From Octopus bimaculoides (lineage: Eukaryota): 64,000 nucleotides of DNA. Below, piece by piece: positions 1-13,769 of the stretch. The notes beneath the pieces were generated by a model that did not search any database, was not told the DNA's origin, and was given only the letters and a program-made list of their open reading frames with translations. Within the stretch, counting starts at the first letter, position 1. Every line of letters begins with the position of its first letter. Location: contig NC_068991.1 in NCBI RefSeq assembly GCF_001194135.2, forward strand, positions 73,150,622 to 73,214,621, in the 5' to 3' direction. The position numbers were made by a program, and so were the translations under genes.

Positions 1-33
<33 letters not shown>

Positions 34-252
34 GTATATATATCTCGAAACACCAGTGTTGCCGAATGCCGGAATGCCGTACTCCAAAGAGCAAAAAGGA
101 AACAGGAAAAGATATTTTTCCTATTATCTACTCTACACTGACCAACATATTTTGCACCTGAACATGCCTAGAGGTATTGAGAATAAATAGTCGTGTAAAC
201 TGTTTTATTCCGCTGAAGTAGCATTAAATTTCCAGTGATATTTTACCTGCAG

Positions 253-362
253 TTGCAGGTTCTATTGTTCCGGATTGCTCCGATCGACTGACCGTATCAA
301 TGGCACGATCTTTCATGGGCTATGTCTAAACCCGGTGCCGACAAATATAACGGATTCTGTCG
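253..362 (+). CDS. Candidate internal exon (CRFYCSGLLRSTDRINGTIFHGLCLNPVPTNITDSV)
   Basis: Acceptor ttttacctgcag| and donor cg|gtatgt. One frame is open throughout, Cys-containing with two N-x-T sequons. No recognisable family. Confidence 0.25.
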
Positions 363-614
363 GTATGTGGCGTGAGCGGCGGTGAAGGACAACTTTTCTA
401 TGAATATAATTCTTGATTAAACAAGATGATAGAGCCAATATAACGTATTTTTACCTGTAACCATTGAGAAAATCTAAATCAAATATTTTGTTTTGTATTT
501 GGTAATTAGATTTATGAGTAAGGCAAAGCAGTCTTACACTATTTTACGTTTAACTTCCTTTTGTTAATGAGATCTAGACTCTTATCTGTGAACCTGTGTT
601 TCATGTTAACATAG

Positions 615-645
615 ATGTTACGTTCAGCTCTGTTTTCTATCGTTG
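615..645 (+). CDS. Candidate 31-nt micro-exon (DVTFSSVFYR)
   Basis: aacatag| ... ttg|gtgaga. Phase 1 to 2, open and phase-compatible with 253-362 and 5390-5485. Confidence 0.2.
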
Positions 646-865
646 GTGAGAAGACAGACACACGGCTGTACACAGTACCAATCATTAATTTCTAAAATTG
701 CGGTTAATTGCGAGAAATACTTATATAATAGTTGTGGTAAAACTTGCAAATCATCACATGCGAGAGAAAAAAAACCCAGCTAAACTTTGGACGTCATTAG
801 CAGACAATGGTCATATTCTTTATTGCATTCAATTCCAACACACATATATTTACATACATTAACAC

Positions 866-1120
<255 letters not shown>

Positions 1121-1286
1121 AGCACATACACCAACACATACATTTACATTGTTTACATGAATCTATGCGTGCTGTATTCCGCCAAGACTTGAACAGAGGT
1201 TCATGTTATCAAACTACATATATTAATATGAAAAATCGATAGTAACAAATACACTGAGAGACGCATATTGCTCCGCATATCCGTGC

Positions 1287-1368
<82 letters not shown>

Positions 1369-2258
1369 TTATGCGGCGTGTGTCTGTATGTATTCACCTG
1401 CATAGGTAATGTGTGTATGTCTGCGTGCACATATGTACAGAATTTTAGATGAAGGTGTATAAAGAGACACATGAATGGCTGAAGAAAAGCGAACGAGAAA
1501 TAAGTGCATCTTTCGGTTAGAAACTTTACACAGTATATACAACATGAAAAGAGGTTGCGAAATATATGAGTTTAATTGGATAACTCTCCAGAGAATAATG
1601 GATAAGAAACAATGATAGATGGAAAACCGATTAGGAACAGATACATAAGCACTTATATTTTTATGTTCCTGATAGTGAAATATCTTTAATGATAATACTG
1701 AAAGAGTGATTTGTGTAATAAGAGCTGTAGCAGACATATTCTGCTGACCAAGTAGATTCTGATAACATTTTCAGGATATGTTTTCATATGACTGGACACA
1801 AATAAAAATAGATTCGCTTCCGCCAGAATATTGTAAAAGTACATAGAATCAGAGAAACATAAAAACAAGATAAATTGCAAAAAGTTTCATAATGTACAAA
1901 GTTTTGTATAGGAAATTATTTTTAAAATCACCAACGAATTCGTTTATCCGTCTATTCGACACTCTATTGATGAAACAATTAACCACGTTTCCAAATATAG
2001 ATATATTGTACATTTATATACATGTATGTATTTTTGTGTGTATGCACAGTTATTACATACATTGGCAGTTAGATACACATATACATATAAATATATGTAT
2101 ACAATTGCTTGTATATGAATGCACACAAACACATACGTAACGCGTATATGCATATACATATCTTCATAGCACATACATGCATGCATGCATATATATGTAT
2201 ATCTATATGTATGTGTGTGTTTGTTTGTGCATATATATGCACGTATATATATATAAAT

Positions 2259-2293
<35 letters not shown>

Positions 2294-2648
2294 NNNNNNN
2301 NNNNNNNNNNNNNNNNNNNNNNNNNNNNNNNNNNNNNNNNNNNNNNNNNNNNNNNNNNNNNNNNNNNNNNNNNNNNNNNNNNNNNNNNNNNNNNNNNNNN
2401 NNNNNNNNNNNNNNNNNNNNNNNNNNNNNNNNNNNNNNNNNNNNNNNNNNNNNNNNNNNNNNNNNNNNNNNNNNNNNNNNNNNNNNNNNNNNNNNNNNNN
2501 NNNNNNNNNNNNNNNNNNNNNNNNNNNNNNNNNNNNNNNNNNNNNNNNNNNNNNNNNNNNNNNNNNNNNNNNNNNNNNNNNNNNNNNNNNNNNNNNNNNN
2601 NNNNNNNNNNNNNNNNNNNNNNNNNNNNNNNNNNGGCAAGTATACTTC

Positions 2649-2698
<50 letters not shown>

Positions 2699-2849
2699 CA
2701 CATACATATATACACATACACACACATATATATATATATGTATATGTATATATACATATATATACATATATATGTATATATATATAAACGCTTTAAGTGA
2801 AGAACGTTTACGTAATGGGTTCACACTGATGGTCACACTGCGGTTCATC

Positions 2850-3048
2850 GCCGGGCGAAATACTCAGCAGTATTTCGTCTGTCTTTATGTTCTGAGTTCA
2901 AATTTCATCGAGGTCGACTTTGCCTTTCATCCTTTCGGGGTCGATAAATTAAGTACCAGTTGCGTACTGGGGTTGATCGAATCAATTGCCACCCCGTCCC
3001 CCCGCAAAAATATTTCAGGCCTTGTGCCTAGAGTAGAAAAGAATATTG
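2850..3048 (+). mobile_element. tRNA-derived SINE family A, 5'-truncated
   Basis: Contains B-box-like gagttcaaatt and the body gaggtcgactttgcctttcatcctttcggggtcgataaattaagtacc, repeated many times in the window. Tail gcctagagtagaaaagaatatt. Confidence 0.85.
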
Positions 3049-3758
3049 TTTATGTTATCATAAAACTACTGACGACACACTCAAAATCCTTTGTCTGTCA
3101 CACAATACCTCAAGGTACATCATTTCTGTGTACGCCTACATCTCTAAATAGAAATTCTAGTTTTAGTGTTTCAAACATGGGATGTATATTTCAATCAACT
3201 TACATGTCTCAGCTCTAAGTCTGCTACAATAGTCTCGGGCAAATCAGTAACTCGCTAGTAGATTATACACACACACACACGTGTGTGTGTGTGTGTGTGT
3301 GGAATCAGCAGAATCGAGCGTCCCTATTGATCGTCTACAGAATTCGCCGAAACTGGCTGATCAGTATAGGGAATTTTTGACCGGTGTTTTTGGCCGATTA
3401 CAGTCCTATCAGTACATGTGTATACAATTATGTACCTTAACTACAGAATTAGACCCTTTTAGCTGTTAGTTTTAGCAATGTACGTATTCTAACATCATAG
3501 TCACATTTAGTGATAATTATTGTTTTCCTTTTTGGTATAACATTGCACACGGCTCTCAATATTCATTTTTCATATATAAATGTATCTGTATATACATATA
3601 CACTTATGTGTGTATGTGGGGGTGTATGTATGCGTGAGTTTGTGCTTCTGTTTGAAACAACAGCCACTTACCAACCGGTAGTGATTAGTTTACGTATCAA
3701 TAACTTGGCGGTTCTGCACGAGAACCGTTTGAATAAATACCGGGTTGATTGCCTCAGC

Positions 3759-4146
3759 CGTGGAGGCGCAATGGCCCAGTGGTTAGGGCAGCGGACTCGC
3801 GGTCATAGGATCGCGGTTTCGATTCCCACACCGGGCGTTGTGAGTGTTTATTGAGCGAAAACACCTAAAGCTCCACGAGGCTCCGGCAGGGGATGGTGGC
3901 GAACCCTGCTGTAATCTTTCACCACAACTTTCTCTCACTCTTACTTCCTGTTTCTGTTGTGCCTGTAATTCAAAGGGTCAGCCTTGTCACACTGTGTCAC
4001 GCTGAATATCCTCGAGAACTACGTTAAGGGTACACGTGTCTGTGGAGTGCTCAGCCACTTGCACGTTAATTGCATGAGCAGGTTGTTCCGTTGATCGGAT
4101 CATCTGGAAGCCTCGTCGTCGTAAGCGACGGAGTGCCAACAACAAC
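3759..4146 (+). mobile_element. Full-length tRNA-derived SINE family B with 12-bp TSD
   Basis: Head ggaggcgcaatggcccagtggttagg...gtttcgattccc (A/B boxes) and (aac)n tail. Flanked by gattgcctcagc at 3747-3758 and 4147-4158. Confidence 0.9.
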
Positions 4147-4765
4147 GATTGCCTCAGCTAAGCCATCAAGGTAGTCCTCCAGCATTGCCACAGTCCAGTG
4201 ACTAAAACAATTGAAACAATGAAATAATTCGGATAATATAAATTAGAACATGGTTTATTCAATCGATTGCAACGAAACGGATTATTTTATATCTCTGCCT
4301 TGATATAATATATTCTCCATATTTTATGACATGCTTGAATGTAGAAACAAAACTATTTTGCGCCACTTCTCAGCAAAAAATCCACTGAGCGCTTTGGAAG
4401 AGTTAACAACTGAACAGAAAATACACGCACACATAATTTTAAAAGAACCGGTGTTCAATCATACGGTTTGGCTAATAGCAATAATCAGTTCAGATACGTA
4501 AATTTCTATATAGAATATATGCGATATCATTTCTTTTTATTTTTGAAAACTTTCCCATAATTTATGTTTCATTTCTTCGGTGCATTAACCGTGTAAATTA
4601 TAGTATCATATTTAAGGTATCATTTAAACGGTTGCTCATTTAGAACCGCCTCAAGATTTATACACGCAATGATAAAAATGTCTGCAGTAGATTAGGTAAC
4701 TAGTAGTGCTATTAAACATTTCTATGAAATGCACACGTTACACATACACACATACAAACATGCAC

Positions 4766-4798
<33 letters not shown>

Positions 4799-4967
4799 AA
4801 TGCGTGCACACACACATGTATGTATAAATGTTTGTATATAAATATACATATATATGTGTGTGTGTGTTTGTGTGTGTTTGTGTTTGTGTGTATATATATA
4901 ACATATATATAATGTTTATCTATTTATGTATCTCTCTTTCTGTTTCTATCTCTCTCTCTCTCTATCA

Positions 4968-5017
<50 letters not shown>

Positions 5018-5032
5018 CCTATCTATCTATCT

Positions 5033-5075
<43 letters not shown>

Positions 5076-5389
5076 TGTGTGTGTGTATTAGCATATCTAT
5101 AGATGTATTCTGAAACATGGAATATTTGTTTTTCAGCCATATTGCTATAATGATTGGTAAGGCTTAAATCATATAGGAAAATTAATTAAGCAATCTTTGC
5201 TATCCATTATGTAAATAGCTTCTGTTCCCATCTCCACACTACTGTATCATTTCGAAGCGGGATATATATTTGCAATTTTAATATTTATAATTAGTCTTAA
5301 CAACATCAATATAGCCTTCAGGTATTCTTTCGAATATTTCATTTTCGATTTAGTATGCAGCATTATTTGAATATCTGATATAATAATAG

Positions 5390-5485
5390 CATTTATTGTA
5401 ATAATAGCAGTTTCATCGATATGGACCGTGCTACGTTGCCATGGAACCAAGAATTCAGAAATGAGACACCTCTGTACCTTTGCAG
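5390..5485 (+). CDS. Candidate exon (IYCNNSSFIDMDRATLPWNQEFRNETPLYLCR)
   Basis: aataatag| acceptor (alternative at 5411) and weak donor ag|gtgttt. Open in phase 2, with N-glycosylation sequons. Confidence 0.2.
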
Positions 5486-5607
5486 GTGTTTATTTGTATA
5501 GGGGGAACAATTATTTCATTGCATCTATGAGAGCAGCTAAAGTCTATACGCAGTGTGCCATGAATATATTAACATAGTACATCTCGCTGTCTTTAGCGAG
5601 CGGGTAT

Positions 5608-5614
5608 TGAGAGA

Positions 5615-5707
<93 letters not shown>

Positions 5708-5710
5708 CGG

Positions 5711-5748
<38 letters not shown>
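5608..5748. repeat. (GA)n / (GACA)n microsatellite
   Basis: Directly visible. Confidence 0.95.
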
Positions 5749-6867
5749 GGGAAAGAAAAGGAGCGACTCCTTCCCAGGAGAGATATCTCATATACTCAAG
5801 AATTAGAACGGTAGTAAGTGTTGAACCAACATCTTGCTGCCATTGAATCTAGGCAGAATGGAGATACTTTTAATCAGCTGAGAACTTTGGCCAGAAGAGC
5901 CAACATGGCACTCAATAAATGGAGCAGAGATACTTCAATGACAGTACGGGATTTACCGATTAACCAAGGAAGGAAATACAGCGCCCTGATCCCTGCTAAT
6001 TTTAAAGGCTGCTGATACTGTTAGGATGAAGGGACGGAAGGAGATAGGAAGTTATTCTAAATCTGTGACCAGGTGCGCTTACTTGTAATAAAATCGCTTC
6101 CCATGAAAGGCAACTAAAGATAAAGTGTGTGTAGGGGGGGGGGGGTTAAACCAGAGGACGGATTATGTTTATTAATCGAAAACTCAGAACGCAGAGGAAG
6201 CCGAAAGAACCGTAAGACATCTAGCCCAACTATACAGATATTACACTAACTTCATTCATTACTATTCTGTGTTTTATAGTACCTGAAAGGGTGAAAGACA
6301 AAGTTGACCAAGTGAGATTTGAGCCAGTGGGTAGTAATTAAAACGATTACCGCAAAGCAATTTGCTCTACTTACGGACAATCCTGCCGGCCACCAGAAAG
6401 CAAGATACATTCAATTCTTCTGACCCTGTGATGTACAATGGAGGGTGGAGTAATATCTACAGTTCTGGCTTTACGAAATTTAACTGAACGCAAAGTGGAT
6501 TCGGCAGAAAGATACTTCGTAGAATTCCAATTTCAGTTTTTACATTGTCTTTTAGATAGTCCAGAAATCCGTGTCTAAGTTTTCTATATTTTGTTTTTAT
6601 ATTTCGCTGTCTCCCCATCTACTGCCCCACCTACATCCTCTTCTCCGCCTCTTTTAATTCTCGCCTCCTGTCGCGACCACTTTCACTAATTCAGGAGTTT
6701 ATTTCTCTATTAGTTAATTAATTATTACATAATTGCTTCGGTGATCAATATTTAATTAACTTTCCCCTCTAAGCTTTACCATAAGAATCATACGCACCAC
6801 TTTCCATTATTAACGAATAAAGCCAGTAAATCCACCACTTAGCTTCATGCCATCACCCCCACCAATT

Positions 6868-6921
<54 letters not shown>

Positions 6922-7254
6922 GTCTTCTTATTTTTAGGTAGAATTATTAGAGCTCCGATATAAAGCGTCACTATGTAAACTACATTCTTAGTTACATGTT
7001 CAGCCTAATACTGATGGAATATTTTATTGAATATACTCAGCCTCTCTAATCCATGGCACCGTGCCTGTTCTAAAAGTCATAGTTGTTACCATTGTGACGG
7101 CGAACAGCAGAACTAGTTGGGTGACAGACCAACGGTTTTGGCAATATATAGTTCTTGTACGTTGCGAGTTTAAGTTCCACAAGAGATTATGTAAAATGTG
7201 CAGAGGGTGATGTTATCGACGAATCATTTCAAGCGAATGCCATGTCTTGGGAAG

Positions 7255-7700
7255 GGCTGTGGATTGGCAGAATCATTGGAATATTTCTTCGGGTTTGACC
7301 TTGTGAGTTCAAATTCCACCGCGGTCACCTTTGCCTTGCGTCATTTCGGGATCGATAAAATAAGCACCATTGAAGCACAGGGGTCAGTACCATCGACGCC
7401 CTCGCCTCGTACCAACATTTGAAATTATTATGAATGTGCATGGCTTAGTGGTTAGGGGGTTGCACTCATATTTCACGATCGTGATTTCAGTTCCCAGATT
7501 GGGTGCTACGCTGTGTTTTCTTGAGCAAAGCACTTCATTTCACGTCGCCCTGCGGTCACTTCGACACCTGGCGTGTGGTACACCGTGCACCTGTTCAGGT
7601 AACATCGATTTGATGGAGAGTAAGTGAGCTAATATACCTCTCATACCTTTTGATCCCTATAAACAAATCATTTGTACAGATCGTTCGGGAAAAGCTGAAC
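7255..7700 (+). mobile_element. Two adjacent degenerate tRNA-derived SINEs (family A, then a B-like head)
   Basis: gagttcaaattccaccgcggtcacctttgcc body, followed by a tggcttagtggttagg head and a gtgttttcttgagcaaagcacttcatttcacg core. Confidence 0.65.
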
Positions 7701-7733
7701 ACGCATATGTCACCATCGGCGGACATATGTCAT

Positions 7734-7734
<1 letters not shown>

Positions 7735-7773
<39 letters not shown>

Positions 7774-7774
7774 G

Positions 7775-7808
<34 letters not shown>

Positions 7809-7825
7809 TATTATTATTATTATTA

Positions 7826-7875
<50 letters not shown>
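7735..7875. repeat. (CAT)n-(TAT)n compound trinucleotide repeat
   Basis: Directly visible. Confidence 0.95.
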
Positions 7876-8511
7876 TTATGTTTGACTTTTGTTTTGCATT
7901 TGTACAAGTTGGATCCAAGTCTCACCCAGAGACCTCAAGAGACAACAAGTTAGAAGTTCATGTAGGTGTTATGCCTAGGGTACCATATATTTGGATTTGT
8001 ACAGTTTTGTTCAAGTGAATGTTTAAGAAACCATAAGAAAATTATGTGTNNNNNNNNNNNNNNNNNNNNNNNNNNNNNNNNNNNNNNNNNNNNNNNNNNN
8101 NNNNNNNNNNNNNNNNNNNNNNNNNNNNNNNNNNNNNNNNNNNNNNNNNNNNNNNNNNNNNNNNNNNNNNNNNNNNNNNNNNNNNNNNNNNNNNNNNNNN
8201 NNNNNNNNNNNNNNNNNNNNNNNNNNNNNNNNNNNNNNNNNNNNNNNNNNNNNNNNNNNNNNNNNNNNNNNNNNNNNNNNNNNNNNNNNNNNNNNNNNNN
8301 NNNNNNNNNNNNNNNNNNNNNNNNNNNNNNNNNNNNNNNNNNNNNNNNNNNNNNNNNNNNNNNNNNNNNNNNNNNNNNNNNNNNNNNNNNNNNNNNNNNN
8401 NNNNNNNNNNNNNNNNNNNNNNNNNNNNNNNNNNNNNNNNNNNNNNNNNNNNNNNNNNNNNNNNNNNNNNNNNNNNNNNNNNNNNNNNNNNNNNNNNNNN
8501 NNNNNNNNNNN

Positions 8512-8580
<69 letters not shown>

Positions 8581-8879
8581 CATTATTATTATTATTAAAG
8601 TGGTGAGTTTGCAGAGTGGTTGGCACGCTGAACGAAACGTTTGCGATATTACGCCGTCACTACTCTCCGAGCTAAAATTCCGCTGAGATTGACTTGCCTT
8701 TCCTCCTTACTGGGGTCCATGTAGCCAACTAGTCTCCGTCCTCAAAATTTCGGGCCTTGTATTGTTGAAAGAAAGGATTATTGTTATTATTATTGATCAT
8801 GTTGATCAATAATATTTGATCAATATCAATAAGGATGTTGTTTAAATGTCGTTTAAGGATGTTGAATAAGGGTTCTTTA

Positions 8880-9085
8880 AGGATATTGAACGAAACACCC
8901 ATGTTTCCAGAGATGAATTATTCAAACGCCAAAGAGTTCCACTCAACACATGGCTATGATGCTCCCCCACTACTTCTGCTCGTGATCAGAGATGTACATA
9001 TTGTCAGCCACCAAGGGACTTACTCAACTTGTGAAGGTCAAACAACTGACAAGCAAATCTGTGGTATTAGGCAAAATATTTGCTG
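8880..9085 (+). repeat. Interspersed repeat with an inverted copy at ~28240-28400
   Basis: atgatgctcccccactacttctgctcgtgatcagagat...cagccaccaaggga matches the reverse complement of 28290-28360. Confidence 0.75.
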
Positions 9086-9096
9086 TTGTCCATGGA

Positions 9097-9832
9097 CAAC
9101 AGACGAAATACCGCTAAGCATTTCGCCCGGCGTGCTAACGTTTCTGCCAGCTCGCTGCCTCTTTTGCATTTATTATATATTTTCTACTCTAGACACAAAG
9201 CGCGACATTTTGGGGAGTTGGTCAGTAGATTAGATCAACCCCAGCACGCAACTGGTACTTAATTTATCGATCCCGAAAGGATGATGGGTAAAGTCGACCT
9301 CGGCGGAATTTGAACTCAGAACGTAACGGCAGACGAAATGGCGCTAAGTATTTCGCCCGGCGTGCTAACGTTTCTGCCAGNNNNNNNNNNNNNNNNNNNN
9401 NNNNNNNNNNNNNNNNNNNNNNNNNNNNNNNNNNNNNNNNNNNNNNNNNNNNNNNNNNNNNNNNNNNNNNNNNNNNNNNNNNNNNNNNNNNNNNNNNNNN
9501 NNNNNNNNNNNNNNNNNNNNNNNNNNNNNNNNNNNNGACAACAGACGAAATACCGCTAAGCATTTCGCCCGGCGTGCTAACGTTTCTGCCAGCTCGCTGC
9601 CTCTTTTGCATTTATTATATATTTTCTAATCTAGACACAAAGCCCGACAATTTGAGGGAGGAGGCCAGCAGATAAGGTCGACTCCAGTACTGAAATTGTA
9701 CTTAATTTATCGACCCCGAAAGGATGACCGGCAAAGTCGACTCCGGCGGAATTTGAACTCAGAACGTAAAGGCAGATGAAATACCGCTAAGCATTTTGCC
9801 CAGCGAGCTAACGATTCTGCCAGCTCACCGCC

Positions 9833-9833
<1 letters not shown>
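9097..9833 (-). mobile_element. Tandem array of family A SINEs spanning an N-gap
   Basis: Repeated gaaataccgctaagcatttcgcccggcgtgctaacgtttctgccagctcg heads at ~9110, 9340, 9550 and 9780. Confidence 0.85.
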
Positions 9834-9889
<56 letters not shown>

Positions 9890-10099
9890 CGTTTATGATA
9901 TTCTTTCTGTAGTTTCTATTCGATATATTTATTTTCTGTTATGTTTAGTTCATTAATTCTTAAGTGTATGCAAATCTGTCCTAGCCGTGTCTTATATCTC
10001 TTTTATTACATAACAATATGTTACCAGAGTTTATTGAATTTTCCCAATAACTGTTTTAAAGCCAATTTTTGTTTAACTGACTCCGTATTCCGTATATAA

Positions 10100-10330
10100 C
10101 AAATGTTAATATTGATTTCAGGTTTTGGCACCGGGCCAGCAACTTTGGCGAGAAGGATTAAGTCGATTACATCGGTTCCAGTGTTCAACTAGTACTTATT
10201 CTATCGAATCCGAAAGGATAAAAGCGAGATCTACTTCGGCGGAATTTGAACTCACAACTCATGGACAGACGAAATGCCGCTAAGCATTTCACCCAGCGGG
10301 CTACCGATTCTGCTAGCTCATCGCCTTACA
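10100..10330 (-). mobile_element. Family A SINE
   Basis: Reverse-complement body and head (ggcggaatttgaactc...gaaatgccgctaagcattt). Confidence 0.8.
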
Positions 10331-10544
10331 ACAAATATTCATATTTATATTATTTTCGCCTTAATACATGCGGTAGAGCTACATATTCTTTTATGCAAAC
10401 GGCATACTTGAGGAATTTTCCAATGCCATTATTTGAAATTACGTGGATCTCTTCTAGTCATCCTATGGTCTCGAAATTTCGTGTTAACCTTATTTCGCTA
10501 ATGAGACCAAACAAAGTCTGATTTTGTCAATATAGCAACCAATA

Positions 10545-10872
10545 TTCTTTTCTACGCTAGGAACATGGCCCGAAATTTTTGGGGAGGGGGGCCAGTCGAT
10601 TCGATCGATCCCAGTACGCAACTGGTACTTAATTTATTGACTCTGAAAGGATGAAAAGCAAAGTCGACCTCGGCAGAATTTGAACTCAAAACGTAAAGAC
10701 AAACGAAATACCGCTAAGCATCTTGCCCGGTGTGGTAACATTTCTTATTTCTTTATTGCACACAAGGGGCTAAACATAGAGGGGACAAACAAGGACAGAC
10801 AAAGGGATTAAGTCGATTACATCCACTAATCATTTCTCCCGGGATGCGATCGTTTCTGCCAGTCCGCCGCCT
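10545..10872 (-). mobile_element. Family A SINE dimer (first unit internally deleted)
   Basis: Two units joined at gtaacatttcttatttctttattg; the same junction occurs at ~49775. Confidence 0.75.
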
Positions 10873-10904
10873 TATATAACCACCAATATTAAACTCACTC
10901 ACAA

Positions 10905-11100
10905 AGGCATCGAGGTGGCTGGATCGTTAGCGCTACGGGCGAAATTCTTAACGGCATGTCATCCGTCTTTACGTTCTGAGTTCAAATTCCGATGAGGTTT
11001 ACTTTGCCTTTCATCCTTGGTCGGTAAAATAAGTACCTGTTGAGTACTGGGTTCGACGTAATTGACGAACTCCCCCTCCCCTCGAAATTGTCGGCCCAAA
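10905..11100 (+). mobile_element. Family A SINE, head-to-head with 10545-10872
   Basis: ggcatcgaggtggctggatcgttagc...ttctgagttcaaattcc...ctttgcctttcatcc. Confidence 0.75.
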
Positions 11101-11709
11101 ATTTAAACGCACTCACGTCACCTATTTCACATCTCCAATTCAACGTTAATCAATTTAAACATCGAAATTTTACCCATTCTCCTGTTTCAGAAACATATTC
11201 ATTAGAACTAATGAATTACTACCACTCAAGTACTGAGATTGATAATATCGTCTAAGCCCTTTCCAACGAATCTCATATCTTGCACCTGTAATCGAAACCC
11301 TTATTATAGGAAGGCAGTTGATTTGCTGAATCGTTGGAGCGTCGCACAAAATGCATTGAAGTATTTGTTCAGGCTTTTTATAGAGGAGTTATAATAAACT
11401 AGCAAACCAACCATATAATAAGTGATTTGTTGCCATAGCTACAAAACAGTAAACTCTCACACATCACCCATTTCATTTTTAGTCATTTTTTTTTGTAAAT
11501 CGGAGTTCTATTCATTGACCTGTTTCAGAAGTATTTTCATTAACGCTAATTAATTTTTTCTCATTACGGTTATAATTACAATTGATTGAAAAATATTTTC
11601 GGTTCGCCACATTAGTTATGGTAGTTTGGATTTAACTGCACACCCATACGATTCAGTATAAGATTATTAGCGGTAATACTTGATAATTGCAAGCACCAGT
11701 ATATGCCAG

Positions 11710-11765
<56 letters not shown>

Positions 11766-12825
11766 TAGTCTGGCAATAAATTTTGGAGTATGTCTCAGAG
11801 TACTTTATATCTATTCGCTTTTGTAGTATCTGTACTATTCTTGGGTTCTTGGTTCCGCCCTGCACTAGTCGGCTTTCGTGCTCGTTCTTTTAACACACTT
11901 CTTCCCCTGCTGATATACTCCTTTACAAAATCTACTATTTTCTTATTATTGGCGTTGCATTGACTTTACTGTGCTTATAACTAGTTCTCGGTAAAATTAT
12001 TTTCGTTTGCAGACAATATGTCTGTTTTGTTACATGAAGTGTTGTTTTTTTTTTCTTATAACAATTGATTATTTGCGATTTAGCGAGGATCACTCATCGT
12101 CGGTGGTCTTTCAATTCGAGTACGTTTTTTATTATTAAATTGTTGTATTTCTTCAGTAGTAATTACATCTGCCCCCCCCCATCTCTCTCTCTTTCTCTCT
12201 TTCCTTCTTGCGGTACATCAAAATGCTAAAAATAGCACTCTCAAGAAAACCAATAATAATATTCACATAAATATAGCAATAAAATTTAGGTAAATCCACA
12301 CACGACAACACCAATAACATCGTAAACACAACACAAAAAGAAATACACAAAAAATACAAAGGAGAAAAAAAAAACCCAGCATTTTGTTCCTCCTAAGTGA
12401 ATATGCTTTATTTTGTGTTTTATAAAGCAACAACTTCTCTGCGTAGCATTATGGAATAAAATAAATTACCCTTAGAAGAGAAATAGTAGAACGTGGGCCT
12501 CAAAACCAATTTTATATTCAATATAATACGGCGCCAATCATATATATTCTCAAGTGCTATCTAATTTGGATGCCGAGTTTACAGAATTAGAACATGGAAA
12601 GTTGCCAGTGAAGAGCATGTAATTTTCTTCCTCTCTAGTGTTAGAGAGAGAAAACCGCGAAAAGAGATTAATAAGTTGCTAGTTTCAACGAAAATGGCTA
12701 CGCATGTATGTATGTACGTATATGTATATGTGCATGTCAGTGCACTCACACACACACACACACACACATATATGTATATATATATGTGTGTGTGTGTGTG
12801 TGCGTATATATATATATATATATAT

Positions 12826-12935
12826 ATAAAGGGCTTCTTTCAGTTCAAATTCTCTCACATGACTTTGGTCAGTTCGGGTCTGTATTAGAAGAGACCTGCT
12901 CACGCTGCCACGTAGTGAGAATGTACCCGGAAACA
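12826..12935 (-). mobile_element. CORE-type tRNA SINE family C fragment
   Basis: Reverse complement of the head seen at 55616-55785 and 35930 (gggcttctttcagtt...gctttggtc...). Confidence 0.65.
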
Positions 12936-12940
12936 TCCTT

Positions 12941-12976
<36 letters not shown>

Positions 12977-13399
12977 GCGCGCGCACACACACACACACAC
13001 ACACGCACACACACATACATACACACGCACACAAACACAAACACACACACACGTATCCAGTCATCATTTTTTATTCCCTTAAATTGTAGCATTGCAAAAT
13101 ATGCGAGTATCATCGGATGAATTCTGCTGCTTATTGAAAGCCGAAATAATTTCAGATATTAATAATGTCAACTTGACAGAACACGAATTAAATTTGTAGC
13201 ACTTATGTTTCTGATAAACTGCACAATATCATAATTATTTACCGTCCACGGATTCAATCGTGTGTTACCTTGCACTCGATGCAAAGAAATTTGTGAAGGC
13301 AAATATATAGAAACCTAAAGATTTATATTGTCTATTAGAAACTATTGTTTTTTATTATGACCATGCTGTAATCATTATATATCGTGGCATGCTATAGTA

Positions 13400-13769
13400 T
13401 GCTATCGCCATTCGCTCAAAGAGCATCAGGCGATGAGAATTCTCCAAGTGGTGTCATTCAGAATGAAATGGCACCTTTCCTTTAAGGTGTCATCCATTTC
13501 ATTCAAGTCTTCCCGCACACTCTTTTCCCTAATCTTTCTTCAACTGTCGAGTCGACGGCTTTCTTTGTCATTCTCTCTAATGTTAAGCGCGATACATATT
13601 CGAGCAGTTCCTTCGTCCAACTGTTATGCTTTCTTGAAGTTTACTTACGCTAACTCTTCCCATGATTCCACCCCTTTAGATGGTGTCACGCCACGTGAGC
13701 TTCAGGATATTTCTAAGGCACTAGTCATGAAAAGCATTCGGCAAATTGCAAATTCTGTCCACCTCCATG

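Noticed and set aside
5247-6015. ORFs 5247-5450 (-) and 5818-6015 (+)
   Set aside because: They are short, have no recognisable domain and lack convincing splice or start context.
11178-11560. Two strong acceptor-like cctgtttcag|aa sites (~11194 and ~11528)
   Set aside because: They are two copies of one AT-rich repeat motif, and the following frames close quickly.
11790-11965. Minus-strand ~55-codon frame ending ANRYKVL
   Set aside because: It weakly resembles a LINE ORF1 motif and has no splice or start support, so it cannot be classified.
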